Origin: Antedon mediterranea
Lineage: Eukaryota; Animalia; Echinodermata
Assembly (NCBI RefSeq): GCF_964355755.1
Contig: NC_092670.1
Location: forward strand, 39,792,388 to 39,856,387
Length of the DNA: 64,000 bases
Direction: 5' to 3'
Part shown: piece after piece, positions 40,616 to 52,619 of the stretch
How positions within the stretch are numbered: the stretch's first letter is position 1
How the letters are laid out: every line of letters begins with the position of its first letter
Translations under genes and position numbers: made by a program
Notes under the pieces: generated by a model
What the model saw: only the letters and a program-made list of their open reading frames with translations
Told to the model about the DNA's origin: nothing
Database searches by the model: none

Positions 40616-42625
40616 AATGTAAACATTATAAAAACAATGAACAGTTGTTACACTCATAATGTACAAAAAATCCTAGAAAAAAAAGTCCAATCTAATCAAC
40701 AGACATAGAACAAAGGTTATTTTGCGTTTGACATTGCTAATCCGAAAAAGACTTGATGATAAACAAAGAGGTCATTTCGATCACTCTACTGAACATGTAT
40801 ACACTACTGTATATCATAATTCCAGGTTAATTAATAATAACAATCTTAACAAGAGATGTCGATAAGTGATTCACTATCCATATGTTGCACAACATAGACC
40901 ATTACTGTTATTACGACTGTTGCTAAATACTATCGTGAAAAACTAAAACCAGCTTAATTTTACTTAAATGGTACATTATTAACACCCACCTGTAGTGTGA
41001 TTTGTACTCCCCGGTGATGGATCCGACGACACGTCAAAAATTAATGTATCAAGCCGGCAATGAAAATATCGTAATATCGTTATTTGGTCACACAATGCAG
41101 AAGCTTGCCCAATCTCTATAATTTATCTAACACACTCCTCTCAGACCGGCAAATTTATCACTAGCCAATCCAAAAGCTGCCTCACAGAAATCTATTTTCT
41201 TCACATCTGCGAAGAAAAGATCACTATGGCAACAGGAGAATGATGAGATCTAACAAACATATAATGAGCAAGTTGCTACTTAAAAGTGATTCGCTGATGT
41301 AATTGAGAATCACTCATGCATGTAGAATGAAATTTCCATAGCAACAATAATCCTTACAAGAGCAGAGTTAGAATCTGAATGGTAGGATTGTATGTACATA
41401 TTCTTAATTAGTTAATATGAGACTGGTTGCCTCATTATGATATGCATGAGTGAGCATTACCATTATAGCGTAGTCATTTGTCCGATTAACTAGCTGATTA
41501 GCTCAAGTCAATGACTTTGACACAAATAATATTGGAAACATTATTTCTTATAATCAAATTTCACAATTGCATAACAAATCAAATTATTATCCATCATGAC
41601 AGATAAAAATTGATTGAATAAAATAAAAAAAAGTAAATAAAATAAAATACATTTTTATTCAGTTTTCTCTACAGTACGGTAATTTCACTTTCACTTTTAG
41701 AATTTTGTATAGTATTGTTTTTCTAAAAAAACGACCATATTAGGTTTCTATTGCCAGGTTTTCCATTCAAATGTCATCAAGTTCTGTAAACATATGCCTT
41801 TCAAATCAAGTAGTGATGATATTAACAGTAATTCTATAATTACAAGTAACTTCTAATTCGCAATAAGACTACTACCGCAACCAAAGAGGTCACTGTACTG
41901 AACATACACTACTGTATAACAGTCACCTCTCACAATACCGGGCTGGCGGAATATGTCTGGTTTTCTGGAAAGTCTGGTGTTTGAAATGTGTTTTTATTGG
42001 TAAAAATTAATTTGGGACATTTTGGAACTCAAGAAAAGTCTGGTTTTGGGAGAGTTTCCGGTTTTAATAGAGTCCGTCCGATATTTGGAGAGTTGATTCT
42101 AACGAAGAACAATAATCTTAATGTTAAGTGATTCGCTGTCAATGTTTTGCACAAACTGCACCAAATAATGTTATTTATATTCAATGATTTTATTGAATCA
42201 TACACCTACTGTATATATGGAAATAGACAATGAACTTTTTTTTTGTGGATAGTGTTTAAAAAATAATTATTGTGTACTCTTGGTATGTTCATTAGTACCT
42301 TAAATAGCTATGTAGCTCTGTCTACACTATCAAACTTTATGTGACAAAAAAACGTGATATGCCCATGGACATGATAATGTCATATAATTAATACCATATT
42401 TCGGTACATCACCATATTTGGGCACATCACAATTTTTTTTGTCAAACTAGTTTGATAGTGTAGACAGAGTTTTAGGTGTTACTTACTATCACTTAACATG
42501 ATTTAGTATTGATTATTATAATATAGTAGCTAGGGCAACATCAATTTTTATTTCTCTTTTTACATGCAAACAACCAGAATCTTATAATCTCATTACAGCA
42601 TTCTTTGTTGTTGCATTAGTCAATA

Positions 42626-42811
42626 CAGTCAACTCTCCCAATACCGGACTCTCCGAAAACCAGAAACTCTCCCAATACCAGACTTTTTTTGAGGACCAAA
42701 AGGTCCCAAATTTATATTTACCATTAAAAACACATTCCGAATACCAGACTTTCCGGAAAACCAGACTTATTTGACCGGCCCAAAGGTGTCCGGTATTGGG
42801 AGAGTTGACTG
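42626..42811. mobile_element. Tc1/mariner(pogo)-type MITE
   Basis: Perfect TIR cagtcaactctcccaataccggac with TA TSD; diverged copy at 41920-42097. Confidence 0.9.
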
Positions 42812-43024
42812 TACACTAGATTAATAGCTTTAACTCATAGAGGTATAAAAACTCCATGCTTAAGTTAATTCTGTAATCTTAATGGATAGTCAAGTGTTTT
42901 CTGACGGCCGTTTGTGATAACCAGAAGGTAGTAAGAGCCACAACTATGAATATATAATTTTGGTATAAACGTCGTGAGGTGTTTTCCCGATTAATTGTAC
43001 GATCAAAACGGTACTGGGTATGAT

Positions 43025-43046
43025 CATGGAGAGTTATTTCTCCATG
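43025..43046. mobile_element. 22-bp P-element-like remnant
   Basis: catggagagttatttctccatg between perfect 7-bp repeats gtatgat. Confidence 0.65.
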
Positions 43047-44568
43047 GTATGATCAACTATAGCGTTCATGTTCCCACCTAATCATCGATTCATAGAAGTA
43101 CTGATGAAGAAGTCAATCTGTGGCAATTTTTGGAGTTTTTATATAATATTTTGTAGGTAATATTTTGCATGCCATTTCAATGATCAACTACATAATAGCA
43201 ATTTATAGATTTGGCATTTTACAAACATTCCACAAACTTAATTATCAACATTTTTTGTTTCTATTCTTAAATAGAAATAAAAATGTTAATAATCAAAGTA
43301 ATTTGCACATTATCAATCACTTTCACTTTAAATCACAAATTTCTTATTTTATCAAAATTATTGAAACATGTTATGAACTGTTCTCAATTATAAAAAAAAA
43401 CACAATGCACAGTGGCGTAATGGCTGATCGCTCACTGGGGCCCCTGAGCTAAAGGGGCCACAGGGCATGAGCATTCCAATGCAACTACTCAGCATTGGAG
43501 GCCCCTTAGAAGTGCTAAACCAGTGGCCTTTGCCCCTGTGCGTTATTCTCCGGACAATGCATAGGGAATATATTTGACTAAGAATTGCCAATAATATAAG
43601 GATTGAAATAAAGGGACTCTCAACTCTAGAAGATATAGCCACCTTGATAATTAAGGGCCTGTTTCTACTAAGCAAGAAAATGCAGATTAAATATAGTATT
43701 TTGAAAGAATGGTGTTTTCTTACCACAAGAACAGGTCCCTATAAAAAGAACAGATTTTTTTATTTTTGTCTTGATCATAAAAACAGTTTCAGTGGAGCAT
43801 TTCAGCTGCAATAAAATCTGTTTCGAAGAATAATGTTGTTCTTGGATTTTTCAACACTAGAAACAGGCCCTGGATGGATCTATAACAAACTATTTATTAT
43901 TACTCATAATGTACTATAAAGTGCCATGGATGTTACCATGGTTGTTTGAAGTCGAGTGCAAAATTGCATTCAAGGGTATGCAAGAATAAACTGGTTGTAA
44001 AAGTCCCTGGACCAAACTTGCACAAAGAAGTTGGATTTTAAGAAAGTGTAAATTAGTGAAGCATGTTATGTCATGTCATTCAAAGCCTGTACACAAGCTA
44101 CTAATCCATAAAGCAGTTACTTAATGTAAATTATGCTTACATAAACTTGATACCTCCATGAGCTCCTTAACAGGCATTATGAATAAGTATTGTAGTTTGG
44201 TAAATGAAATCATTCAACTATGAAGCCAGTACTTTATTGAAATACAGTACACATACCAGTGTACAGGTCTTTTCAGCCTTCAATCTGTATGGAATAATTT
44301 GTCCAGGAATGTATTTATTCTACAATAAACCAAGCTTATTATTAAGCATTTTACAGATTTATGTATATACACCACAGGTAAACGTGTTTATTATTTACTT
44401 TATATATTGTACCAAACCATTGATTACAGATTCCAGTGTATACTGGTAAATATTCTTTTACTGTTTACTATTATAATGGCATTTTTTCTGGTAAACTTGT
44501 TAGTGTTTATTATTTAGGATCGTATCAGAATCTTGTTAGTTACAGATTACATACTGGTAAATGTTTAA

Positions 44569-44857
44569 AGCTCTGTCTACATTATCAAACTTTATGTGAC
44601 AACAACATGTGATGTGCCCATATATGGACATGATGATGTCATATCACTACCCTATTTGGCCACATCACACATTTTTTTGTCAAAGTACTTTAATAGAGTA
44701 GACAGCTAAAGTGTTTAAATATCTTTTAATCCAAAGCTCTGTCTACACTATCGAACTAGTTTGACAAAAAAAAGTGATGAGGCCAAATATGACATCATCA
44801 TGCCCATATATGTGCACATCACATTTTGACATAAAGTTTGAGACTGTAGACAGAGCT
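44569..44857. mobile_element. Two adjacent MITE family A copies (44569-44706, 44735-44857)
   Basis: Family TIRs and internal gatgtgcccatatatggacatg core. Confidence 0.8.
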
Positions 44858-45239
44858 TATACAGTCAACAACTAACAACTCTTATTTTTTTAGAATTTCT
44901 TATTCTAATGACAAAAAGCAAGGTTAGCATCTATGAGATTTTGTGTTGGATTATTATCGCCATGCATTGCTTGGTATTCATAACATGTTAGCATGCTATT
45001 TATAAGTGTTGAGAATGTGAATTATTTATTTTAAAAGGAACAAGTCTTCTTCATATTTAATTAGTCTGGGAACACTCAGACTAATGCGCTGTTTGCTCTT
45101 ATCATTCTGCATGTTAGTTGGAATCATTTGAATTGACGTCATAGAAATCATTGATACAAATCACATGCTTGCCTAGATTGTACACAAACAAGCATTACTG
45201 TATAATTGGTGTTTAAATATACGGGCACCTTTCAATTCA

Positions 45240-45338
45240 TGGCCGAGCGGTTAAGACAGTGGAACCGTAATTATTACCTAGCCATAACATTGGCAGGGGT
45301 TCGAGGCTCACTCACTCCATGGTTCTGGTGGTAGAACG

Positions 45339-45370
<32 letters not shown>

Positions 45371-45552
45371 TCCAGTGTACACATCTAGCTTGTGTGCACT
45401 TTAAAGAACCTAGTACATCTTTCGAGACGAGTAGGGGGTTACCCCGGTGTATTAGTACATCACAGCCACTGATCACCAACTGGGCCCTCTGGGAGATCAG
45501 TCATTGACTGAAGAGGTCACCCAGTATAAATATATATTTCAATCAATCAATC
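45240..45552 (+). mobile_element. tRNA-derived SINE with a Deu/Nin-like central domain
   Basis: A box tggccgagcgg, B box ggttcgagg, central cggataaggac..taaaccg..ggtcc...gcac.ttaaagaacc...gagtaggggg..ccccggtgt, and a (caat)n tail. Confidence 0.85.
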
Positions 45553-46076
45553 TGATTGGTTAATCACCTGTCTATATTTATTGCCCGGCAACTATAATCC
45601 GGCTTAAATGTGCATGTCTATGTTTTATCCTCAATAACTATATACAGTATTCGTCCAGATCACCTTGAGCTATATTTTGAACCATGTCCTTCAGCCCAGT
45701 CAATATTTGTAATATGTTTTTAGTATTTTTCCTTTGTTAACATCTTTTAATCAGAAAACAATGATACATTACATTAATGTCAGGATTCTCAAAATTTATA
45801 AATCAATTCCAAAAATGAAGAGGTATCCAAATACAAAAAAAATTCCAATATATTGTATTGTACTTTATTAGTCCAATTGACAAAGTAGCATTTGATTGTT
45901 CTTGGGAGAACACAGAGTGTAACCTTTAGAAAAGCTACAATGTCAAGTTGGTCTACACAACACTTATATCTTTGCATTGATCATGACTGCACAAGTTACT
46001 GTAAATTATATCTCTAAAACTATCTCATAATTGCACGGTGAATTGTTACAGTATACTTTCTAGCTTTCTTACCACC

Positions 46077-49000
46077 TTAAGTTGGAGCATCTTGAGTTGG
46101 AGCATCTTGAGTTGGAGCATCTTGAGTTGGAGCATCTTGAGTTGGAGCATCTTGAGTTGGAGCATCTTGAGTTGGAGCATTATGAGTTGAAGCATCTTGA
46201 GTTGGAGCATCTTGAGTTGGAGCATTTTGTTTTGTCTCCTTAACTTGGTCTGAAGTCTTGAGTAGTCCATCTTCCTTACATTCACTAAGCTTCTGTTCCT
46301 TTTGTAGGTTTTCATCTCTTTTTTGGTATTCCTCCCTTCTTTTAAGATTCACCATATCTTTCTTCTTTGATTCATGACATACTGCAGAATCATTATCAAC
46401 ATCTATTTCAACTGTTCCTGTTGTTTTCCCAGCAATTCCAATATCATTTTTTGTTTTTTTATCTTTCTTTGTATTTGTAGGTTTTTCTACATGTTTTTTC
46501 ACTAGTTTTTGTTTGTCATGGAACTGTCGTTTGCGATTTCTTCCAGACTGTTTTCGCTTCTGTTTATCAGTGTCTAACCATAATGCATCATAAACACCAG
46601 CAGCTTGGTATCTGAATTGAAAATTATAACATTTCAGGAAAAAATGGAAAACACCATTTTTTAAACATATGACATTAAAGATGTATTTTCCCCCAAAAAC
46701 ATTAAAAATGAAGATTAATAAAATCAGACTTTAAATAGGTCATTTTGCAGTTTTAATAAACTTATTCACTTCTGTATCAAAAAAAAAACCAAAAAAGAAA
46801 ATTATTATTTTACTTATAAAAAGACAAAAGAAACATTGTCTGACAAAAAAATTACATTTTTTCAGGCAAGTAATTTTTTTTCAGTTTTTAGTCAAAATGA
46901 ATAACTATTATGTGAAATTAAAATGGCATATTCAACAAAAAATTTAAAAACAAATAAGGGGGACAATATTATCTTTAATATATCAACTTACTGCATGTTG
47001 TATACTTACCCTGGTTGTGATGCATCTAATGAATCCTTTGAAAGTAGAATACATATGCCTGGTACATTTCTAGTTACTTTCAATCTGAAACAAATAATTA
47101 GGATTATCTACAATATACATGTTATAGGATTATCTACAATACACATGCTATAGATATAGATTGATATGCAAATCAAAATAGTTACAAAAGAGTATCAAAC
47201 TAGTTTGACCAAAAAAGTGTGATGTGCCTAAATATGGTAGTGATATGCCCAAATATAGTAGTGATATCATCATGTCCATATATGGGCACATCACATTTTG
47301 TTGTCACAAAGTTTGATAGTGTAGATAAAGCTTTAGTAATTCCGAATTATGACTACATACACGCATATAGATAGATAATCTAGACTAAATTGTTGGTCCA
47401 TCTTTAAAATTTTTGGTCTGTCTTTAAAATTATGCCTCAATAAGTTTGAGATGAAACACATGACTTTTTCATGGCACAAAATGTCAGATTTCTTATAATG
47501 TAGAAGACAGTCAGATCTTTTCAGCAATCAAACATCAATGTCTGCCAGTTACAGACTCAAGTTATCGCTTCGTCATCACACTGTCTTTAAAAGGTTTAAA
47601 ATGTAATAATGTACATACCTATCCAAGCCTTCTTTTAGTGGCTCCCAATACTCTTCAATTCTATGAATGAAAAAAAGTGTTAGCTTTTTAACTAACCAAT
47701 TGTTAATCTTTTACAAAATATGTGGGTAAATATAATACTGTAGTATCCAGTACTACATGTTAAATCTTTATTAAAAGTAAAACTCACACAAATTTGATGT
47801 TTTTCTATATGACCAATTAACCCTGGGTTGATCCATGGATGTGCCCATATATATAATAGACATGATGATGTCATATCCCTACCATATTTGGGCATATCAC
47901 TACCATATTTGGGCATATCACTACTATATTTGATAGTGTAGACAGAGCTTAATACAATGTAGTACATACTCTTTTCTGAATAACTTTGTTATCTGATGAA
48001 TATTTTTAAATTTTCTTTTCATAATTTCTGCACAAGTAATTGTTTTACTGACAGCTGGTCCAGCTCCTGTAAATGTTATCTGCCGTGTCTTGTCATCCTA
48101 AAAATAAATTTCAGAAAATACTGTAAATTCTAGATAAATATTTTATGCAATGTATTTGGACATTTAATAACATAATTAAAGATAAATCCAAAGGCAAATT
48201 ACTGAAAATATGCTGTGGGTATCAGTGGCTTGATCTCAATGAAGATACAAAAATGACAATGCTGTGGGTATCAGTGGCTTGATCTCACTGAAGATACAAA
48301 AATGACAATGCTGTGGGTATCAGTGGCTGGATCTCAATGAAGATACAAAAATGACAATGCTGTGGGTATCAGTGGCTGGATCTCAATGAAGATACAAAAA
48401 TGACAATGCTGTGGGTATCAGTGGCTGGATCTCAATAAAGATACAAAAATGACAATGCTGTGGGTATCAGTGGCTTGATCTCAATGAAGATACAAAATAA
48501 ATTAAGCAAAAAGATATGTCAAAACGAAAAGTAAAACAGCTAGAAAAATTGTAAGATAAATAAATAAGATAATAATCATATTACACAGACGATTTCAGTA
48601 CTCAAAGATTGTGTACAGTGGCGTAATGGAGCCCCTGAGCAGTGAGGAAAAAGCAGACATAAACTATGTCGAAAAAGTCTAAAAACGCCTGGGATCTCCA
48701 GTTGCATAAATCCTGTGTTGTCCTGTTTTCTTTTTAAGTTTTATGGGCCACCTCAAACAAGCTTTGCTTTTTTGTAATTTTGCCTCTCTTATTTTAATAA
48801 ATTTATTGTTAATGTATTTATTATGAACTTATAATAGAAAAGAATGTTACTTTGATTGATTATTTACCTTGAAGTTTCTGATTGCAAAGCCGATGAGGTT
48901 TTTTACTCTGCTTCCATTCTTAACTCGCATCACAACTGCATCATCTTTCATATCATTATTGAACAAAGTTGTTATATCAACATTCAGCTCTAGCAATTCT

Positions 49001-50621
49001 CCTTTCTTGTAATACTCCACTAAGATTGAATAAGATGTTAATAAACACATTATTATGTTTTTTGGTTATTAGACGATCGGGCCCAAATCGTGAGACGATC
49101 GGGCCCATCAAGGGTGAAAGACGATCGGGCCCAACAAACAAGACGATCGGGCCCAAAACATTCTCGGAAAATTTAAAAAATAAATACGCGAATACAAACA
49201 ACACAATAATAACAATCAAAATCAATCACATTTATTCATAAATCCAGAGTATTACTCCATGGTATTGCTATTGGTAAGACATTCTTAAAACCAGTAGGCC
49301 TACTACTATCTAGTGTTAATGTTATGCGCGATTTGAACGATTTGCGCAATTTGAAATTGCGCAAAAAAAATCCTTGCGCAATTTGAATTGAAACATGTGT
49401 TTCAAATTGCGCAAGCAACGTATTAAATTGCGCAAGTAATCTGCAAATTGCGCAAGGTTTTTCGACAGATTGTGAAATCATGCACACCCATATTTTTATA
49501 GTAATTTCTAAGAATGATTCAAAAGTAAAGATAAATATCGCATTTCCTTATTTTAGTAGTGCAAATATTGTTATAAGTTAGCATACCGTCGAAGAACCGA
49601 CGAAGGAAAATGAAGCGGTGCTGTTCCACCAGGCGGGCGCGGCGCGGGCGGCCGGCTATACTACTCTAGCCTAGCTAGGGTCTGGACTACTGATACTGAC
49701 TAGGTTACATGGCCTAGCTTAAACTAATATTAAAAACTTCAAAAGTGAGTATTAAACATTATCTTCATTGAATGGTCTTATTTATACAATAATATACTAA
49801 ATTTTAAACTCCTCTGCCTAGGCCTAGCCTAGCCATGTATGGGAAAATTTACAGTTCGTTTTCAAATTGCGCAAAGGTGTCATATTGCGCAAGAACTATC
49901 TTGCGCAATTTACAAATTGTGCAGCGCAATTTAAAATTGCGCAAAGATTTTCTTGCGCAATTTGAAATTGCGCAAGTTGATTGCGCAATTTGAAATTGCG
50001 CAAAAAAATCCTTCTTTGCGCAATTTCAAATTGCGCCAATCGTTCAAATCGCGCATAACATTAATTATTAGGGGAAAATTATGATGAAATCAGAAAAAAT
50101 CTAATTAACCTTTTTAATTAAAATCTTAATTACGCAAGAAAAGCACAGTGACATTAGCACTAATAGGAATTAAAAATGATGAAATGTGGCACATTATTTT
50201 ATAAATCACAAAAGACTATCGGGCCCAACGCTAAGACGATCGGGCCCAACGTGGTTCTGAAAACACTGGACGATCGGGCCCAACGCTGAAGACGATCGGG
50301 ATCACGTTTTCTGGGTCCGATCGTCCGTGGTACCGATCGTCTGTTCCCCTAATTTTAGGCTAGCTAGTCGGCCCTGATAACTAGCTAGTGCCTCATAGCC
50401 TAGCTATCCGCCTCTGCTAGGCCTACTAGCTAGCCTAGCTAGGGAGGGCCAGGGCCAGGCCGACTAGCCTTGCTTTTATTTAGTGTGTGGGTGGTAAACT
50501 AGGTTAGCCTAAGCCTAGGTATTCTATTACTAAAATTGTTTGACAGACTTAGTCTGGCTAGGCCTAGTGAATGACTAGTTAATAGAGTTACGGCGTTAAA
50601 AATAAAAAATAAATGCTAACT
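46077..50621 (-). CDS. RPP25L: Alba-domain RNase P/MRP subunit RPP25/RPP25L homologue with a long charged, repetitive C-terminus, about 310 aa
   Basis: Exons (A at 50621)|49019-48868, 48097-47970, 47660-47619, 47084-47010, 46611-46077. MEYYKKG..MRVKNGSRVKNLIGFA..ITFTGAGPAVSKTITCAEIMKRKFKNIHQITKL..EYWEP..GLDRLKVTRNVPGICILLSKDSLD..PGYQ matches RPP25L. The first exon is inferred. Confidence 0.9.
46080..46224 (-). repeat. Coding 15-bp repeat (QDAPT)n, about 9.5 copies
   Basis: gttggagcatcttga tandem immediately before the RPP25 stop codon. Confidence 0.95.
48210..48497. repeat. 49-bp minisatellite, 6 copies, same family as 36078-36845
   Basis: atgctgtgggtatcagtggct(g/t)gatctcaatgaagatacaaaaatgaca; shares the downstream flank taagcaaa...aaaagtaaaacagc. 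Confidence 0.95.
49070..50349. mobile_element. DNA-transposon remnant with gacgatcgggccc subterminal repeats, split by an inserted element
   Basis: Four gacgatcgggccc copies at 49072-49155 and four variants at 50214-50300, then inverted copies ending ccgatcgtctgttcccc. Confidence 0.7.
49320..50060. mobile_element. Non-autonomous TGT...ACA DNA transposon (Ginger-like), TTAA 4-bp TSD
   Basis: About 45-bp TIR tgttatgcgcgatttgaacgatt.gcgcaatttgaaattgcgcaaa; ttaa on both sides; many internal ttgcgcaa palindromes. Confidence 0.85.
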
Positions 50622-50918
50622 TTATTTCGTGTTTGAATTGTACACACGCGACAAATTGAGAAATCATTTTAGTTACAGCGCCACCAATGTTTCTAACTGG
50701 TACGCCAAAGTCGCCAGAGAATTAAAATTATTCAAAAGTAAAACCAGTAGGATTTAAAATAGCAGACTGTATAAACATACAAATGAGTCCTAAATAGACA
50801 ATATTGATTACTTAGGATGTATTGAATTCTGTAGTACTCATATTTAATTTAAATCTGGTCTATAATCAGTTAATAGCTGTATTAAAACAGGATCGGAATC
50901 TACAGTTTTTAAAGTTTT

Positions 50919-52110
50919 GGAATTTCCCTGCCAATCAACACAACTGCCTGGTTTTGTATTAGTGTTCCTTTCACTCAATTTTTATTTTATTAATTTGTAA
51001 TTTACTGTAAATGTACCCTACTTCAAGTGTATTCTGCATTCATTGTTTATCTTCATGTCAAGTGTTTACATAATTAGTATGCTGAATGCCTGTTGATCAT
51101 CACTGGCATGAATGTGATGTGAAGAATAACAGTCAGTGGCACGTGACCATAGAAGGGACTTTCCCGTTTGTCTTAGACTTCGTATTTGCTCGATAAAGTC
51201 AAATTGAAATCTTGATCATTTTAAGGCAAGCACTCGTTCAAATCAGATTAATGTGGTGTCACAAACGACGTTTGAATTATTTTCATTTATGAGATGGTAA
51301 GTACGAATATACAATTATTCAGGATTTGTTTTTGTCCATCTTTATTTTGTTCGTAAAAGAAATTTCATATACATGGTAGTACGGTACCGCAGGTTTTACC
51401 TTAGTGTTACTTCGACATTGCAAATCTACATCAGATATATTTTTTAACTTACAATGTGAGCAACAGGATGGTTATTAGGATTCGGTTAATGTTGGATTTA
51501 TCTTGTTGGCCCATTTCATACAGCATTGATCCTGTCTTAATTTAATAGTTCGAATATAGTTCCTCAATTGAACTTGGAAATTGTCACAATCATGTGATCA
51601 TCAGTGACAAGTTATACGAACATGTCATCATAATTATCATGATCATCATCGTCATTATCATTATCATTATACAACATCATCATCTTCATTCATCCATCAT
51701 CATCATCATCATCATCACATCGGGCATCACATATTAATGATTTGTGCGAAAATAGAGGGTCGTCTACAATAAATCAATCAATCCGACTAATATAGCGCCG
51801 GTATCCATAAAACAATAATGTTCAAAGGCGCTTGACAATGTTAAACAGGAAATGCCTGGTGGTTTTCAGTCGTATTTTGAAGGTGTTCACGTTTTCTGAT
51901 GTCTTTATATCTATTGGTAGTGTATTCCACAAAATCATACTAAAAAAATGACAAAACGATAGCGCCCTGCCCTCCATCCATTGTTAGATATACCACCGCA
52001 AGTTAGTATGATTTGTTCTGTTTCCTCTGTGTTTGCTTATTTGTTTTAGTTTTAAAACCGAGAGTTTACTTGACACAGACATAATAGGAAAAGCCAAAAG
52101 GGAAAGTCCC
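50919..52110 (+). promoter_or_regulatory. Cluster of NF-kB-type sites around the probable promoter and first exon of the TPR-TIR gene
   Basis: GGGACTTTCC at 51155-51164, GGGAAATTCC (reverse) at 50919-50928, GGGAAAGTCCC at 52100-52110; E-box cacgtg at 51140; G|GTAAGT donor at 51296/51297. Confidence 0.6.
51772..51935 (-). mobile_element. 3' end of an L2/Crack-clade LINE
   Basis: Minus strand LWNTLPIDIKTSENVNTFKIRLKT (typical ORF2 C-terminus), gcgcc..ggcgctata 3' UTR and a (gatt)n tail. Confidence 0.8.
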
Positions 52111-52619
52111 GAAAATTTAATTTTCACGGTAGAATGATTCCCAGCATCAAATTGTTTCTTTTAGATACCTTTTGTAATCATAAATATTATATCTATTTGA
52201 TTGAAATATTGGATTATTCTGGGGAAATTGTGGGGCATTGAGTATTAGCTGTAGCCTATTTTACGTGGGACTCGGTTTGGATGAGTGGGCATGCATTTGT
52301 CTTCTTCTTTTCAATTCACATTATCTCTCACAAGGAAAATATCCATATACTCACCGATGACACTGCATTTTTTTCTTTCAGTGATATTTCCATACAAAAT
52401 TCAAATAATGGCGTATTTTCTTGAAATAAAGTATTGTTCATAAACAATGCTATATAACAATTTTGAAATCAAAACATGTCATCTCCAGTTTCTGGCGACC
52501 CTGATTACTCTCATTTCAAAATGAATAACGTGCCTTATGTTTTATACAAAAACAAAACACGATGATCTACTATTAATATTATGCCAAAGTAGTGTGCATT
52601 ATTTCATCAGCTGCTCGGT

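Noticed and set aside
45240-45320. Possible tRNA gene
   Set aside because: No cloverleaf or acceptor stem; it continues into a SINE body and tail.
46046-46315. ORF with (LQLKM)n repeat
   Set aside because: Alternative frame of the RPP25 terminal exon repeat.
51575-51610. Minus-strand CTGATGA followed by hairpin tcaca-tgat-tgtga
   Set aside because: The GAAA core is missing (caat instead), so it is not a hammerhead.
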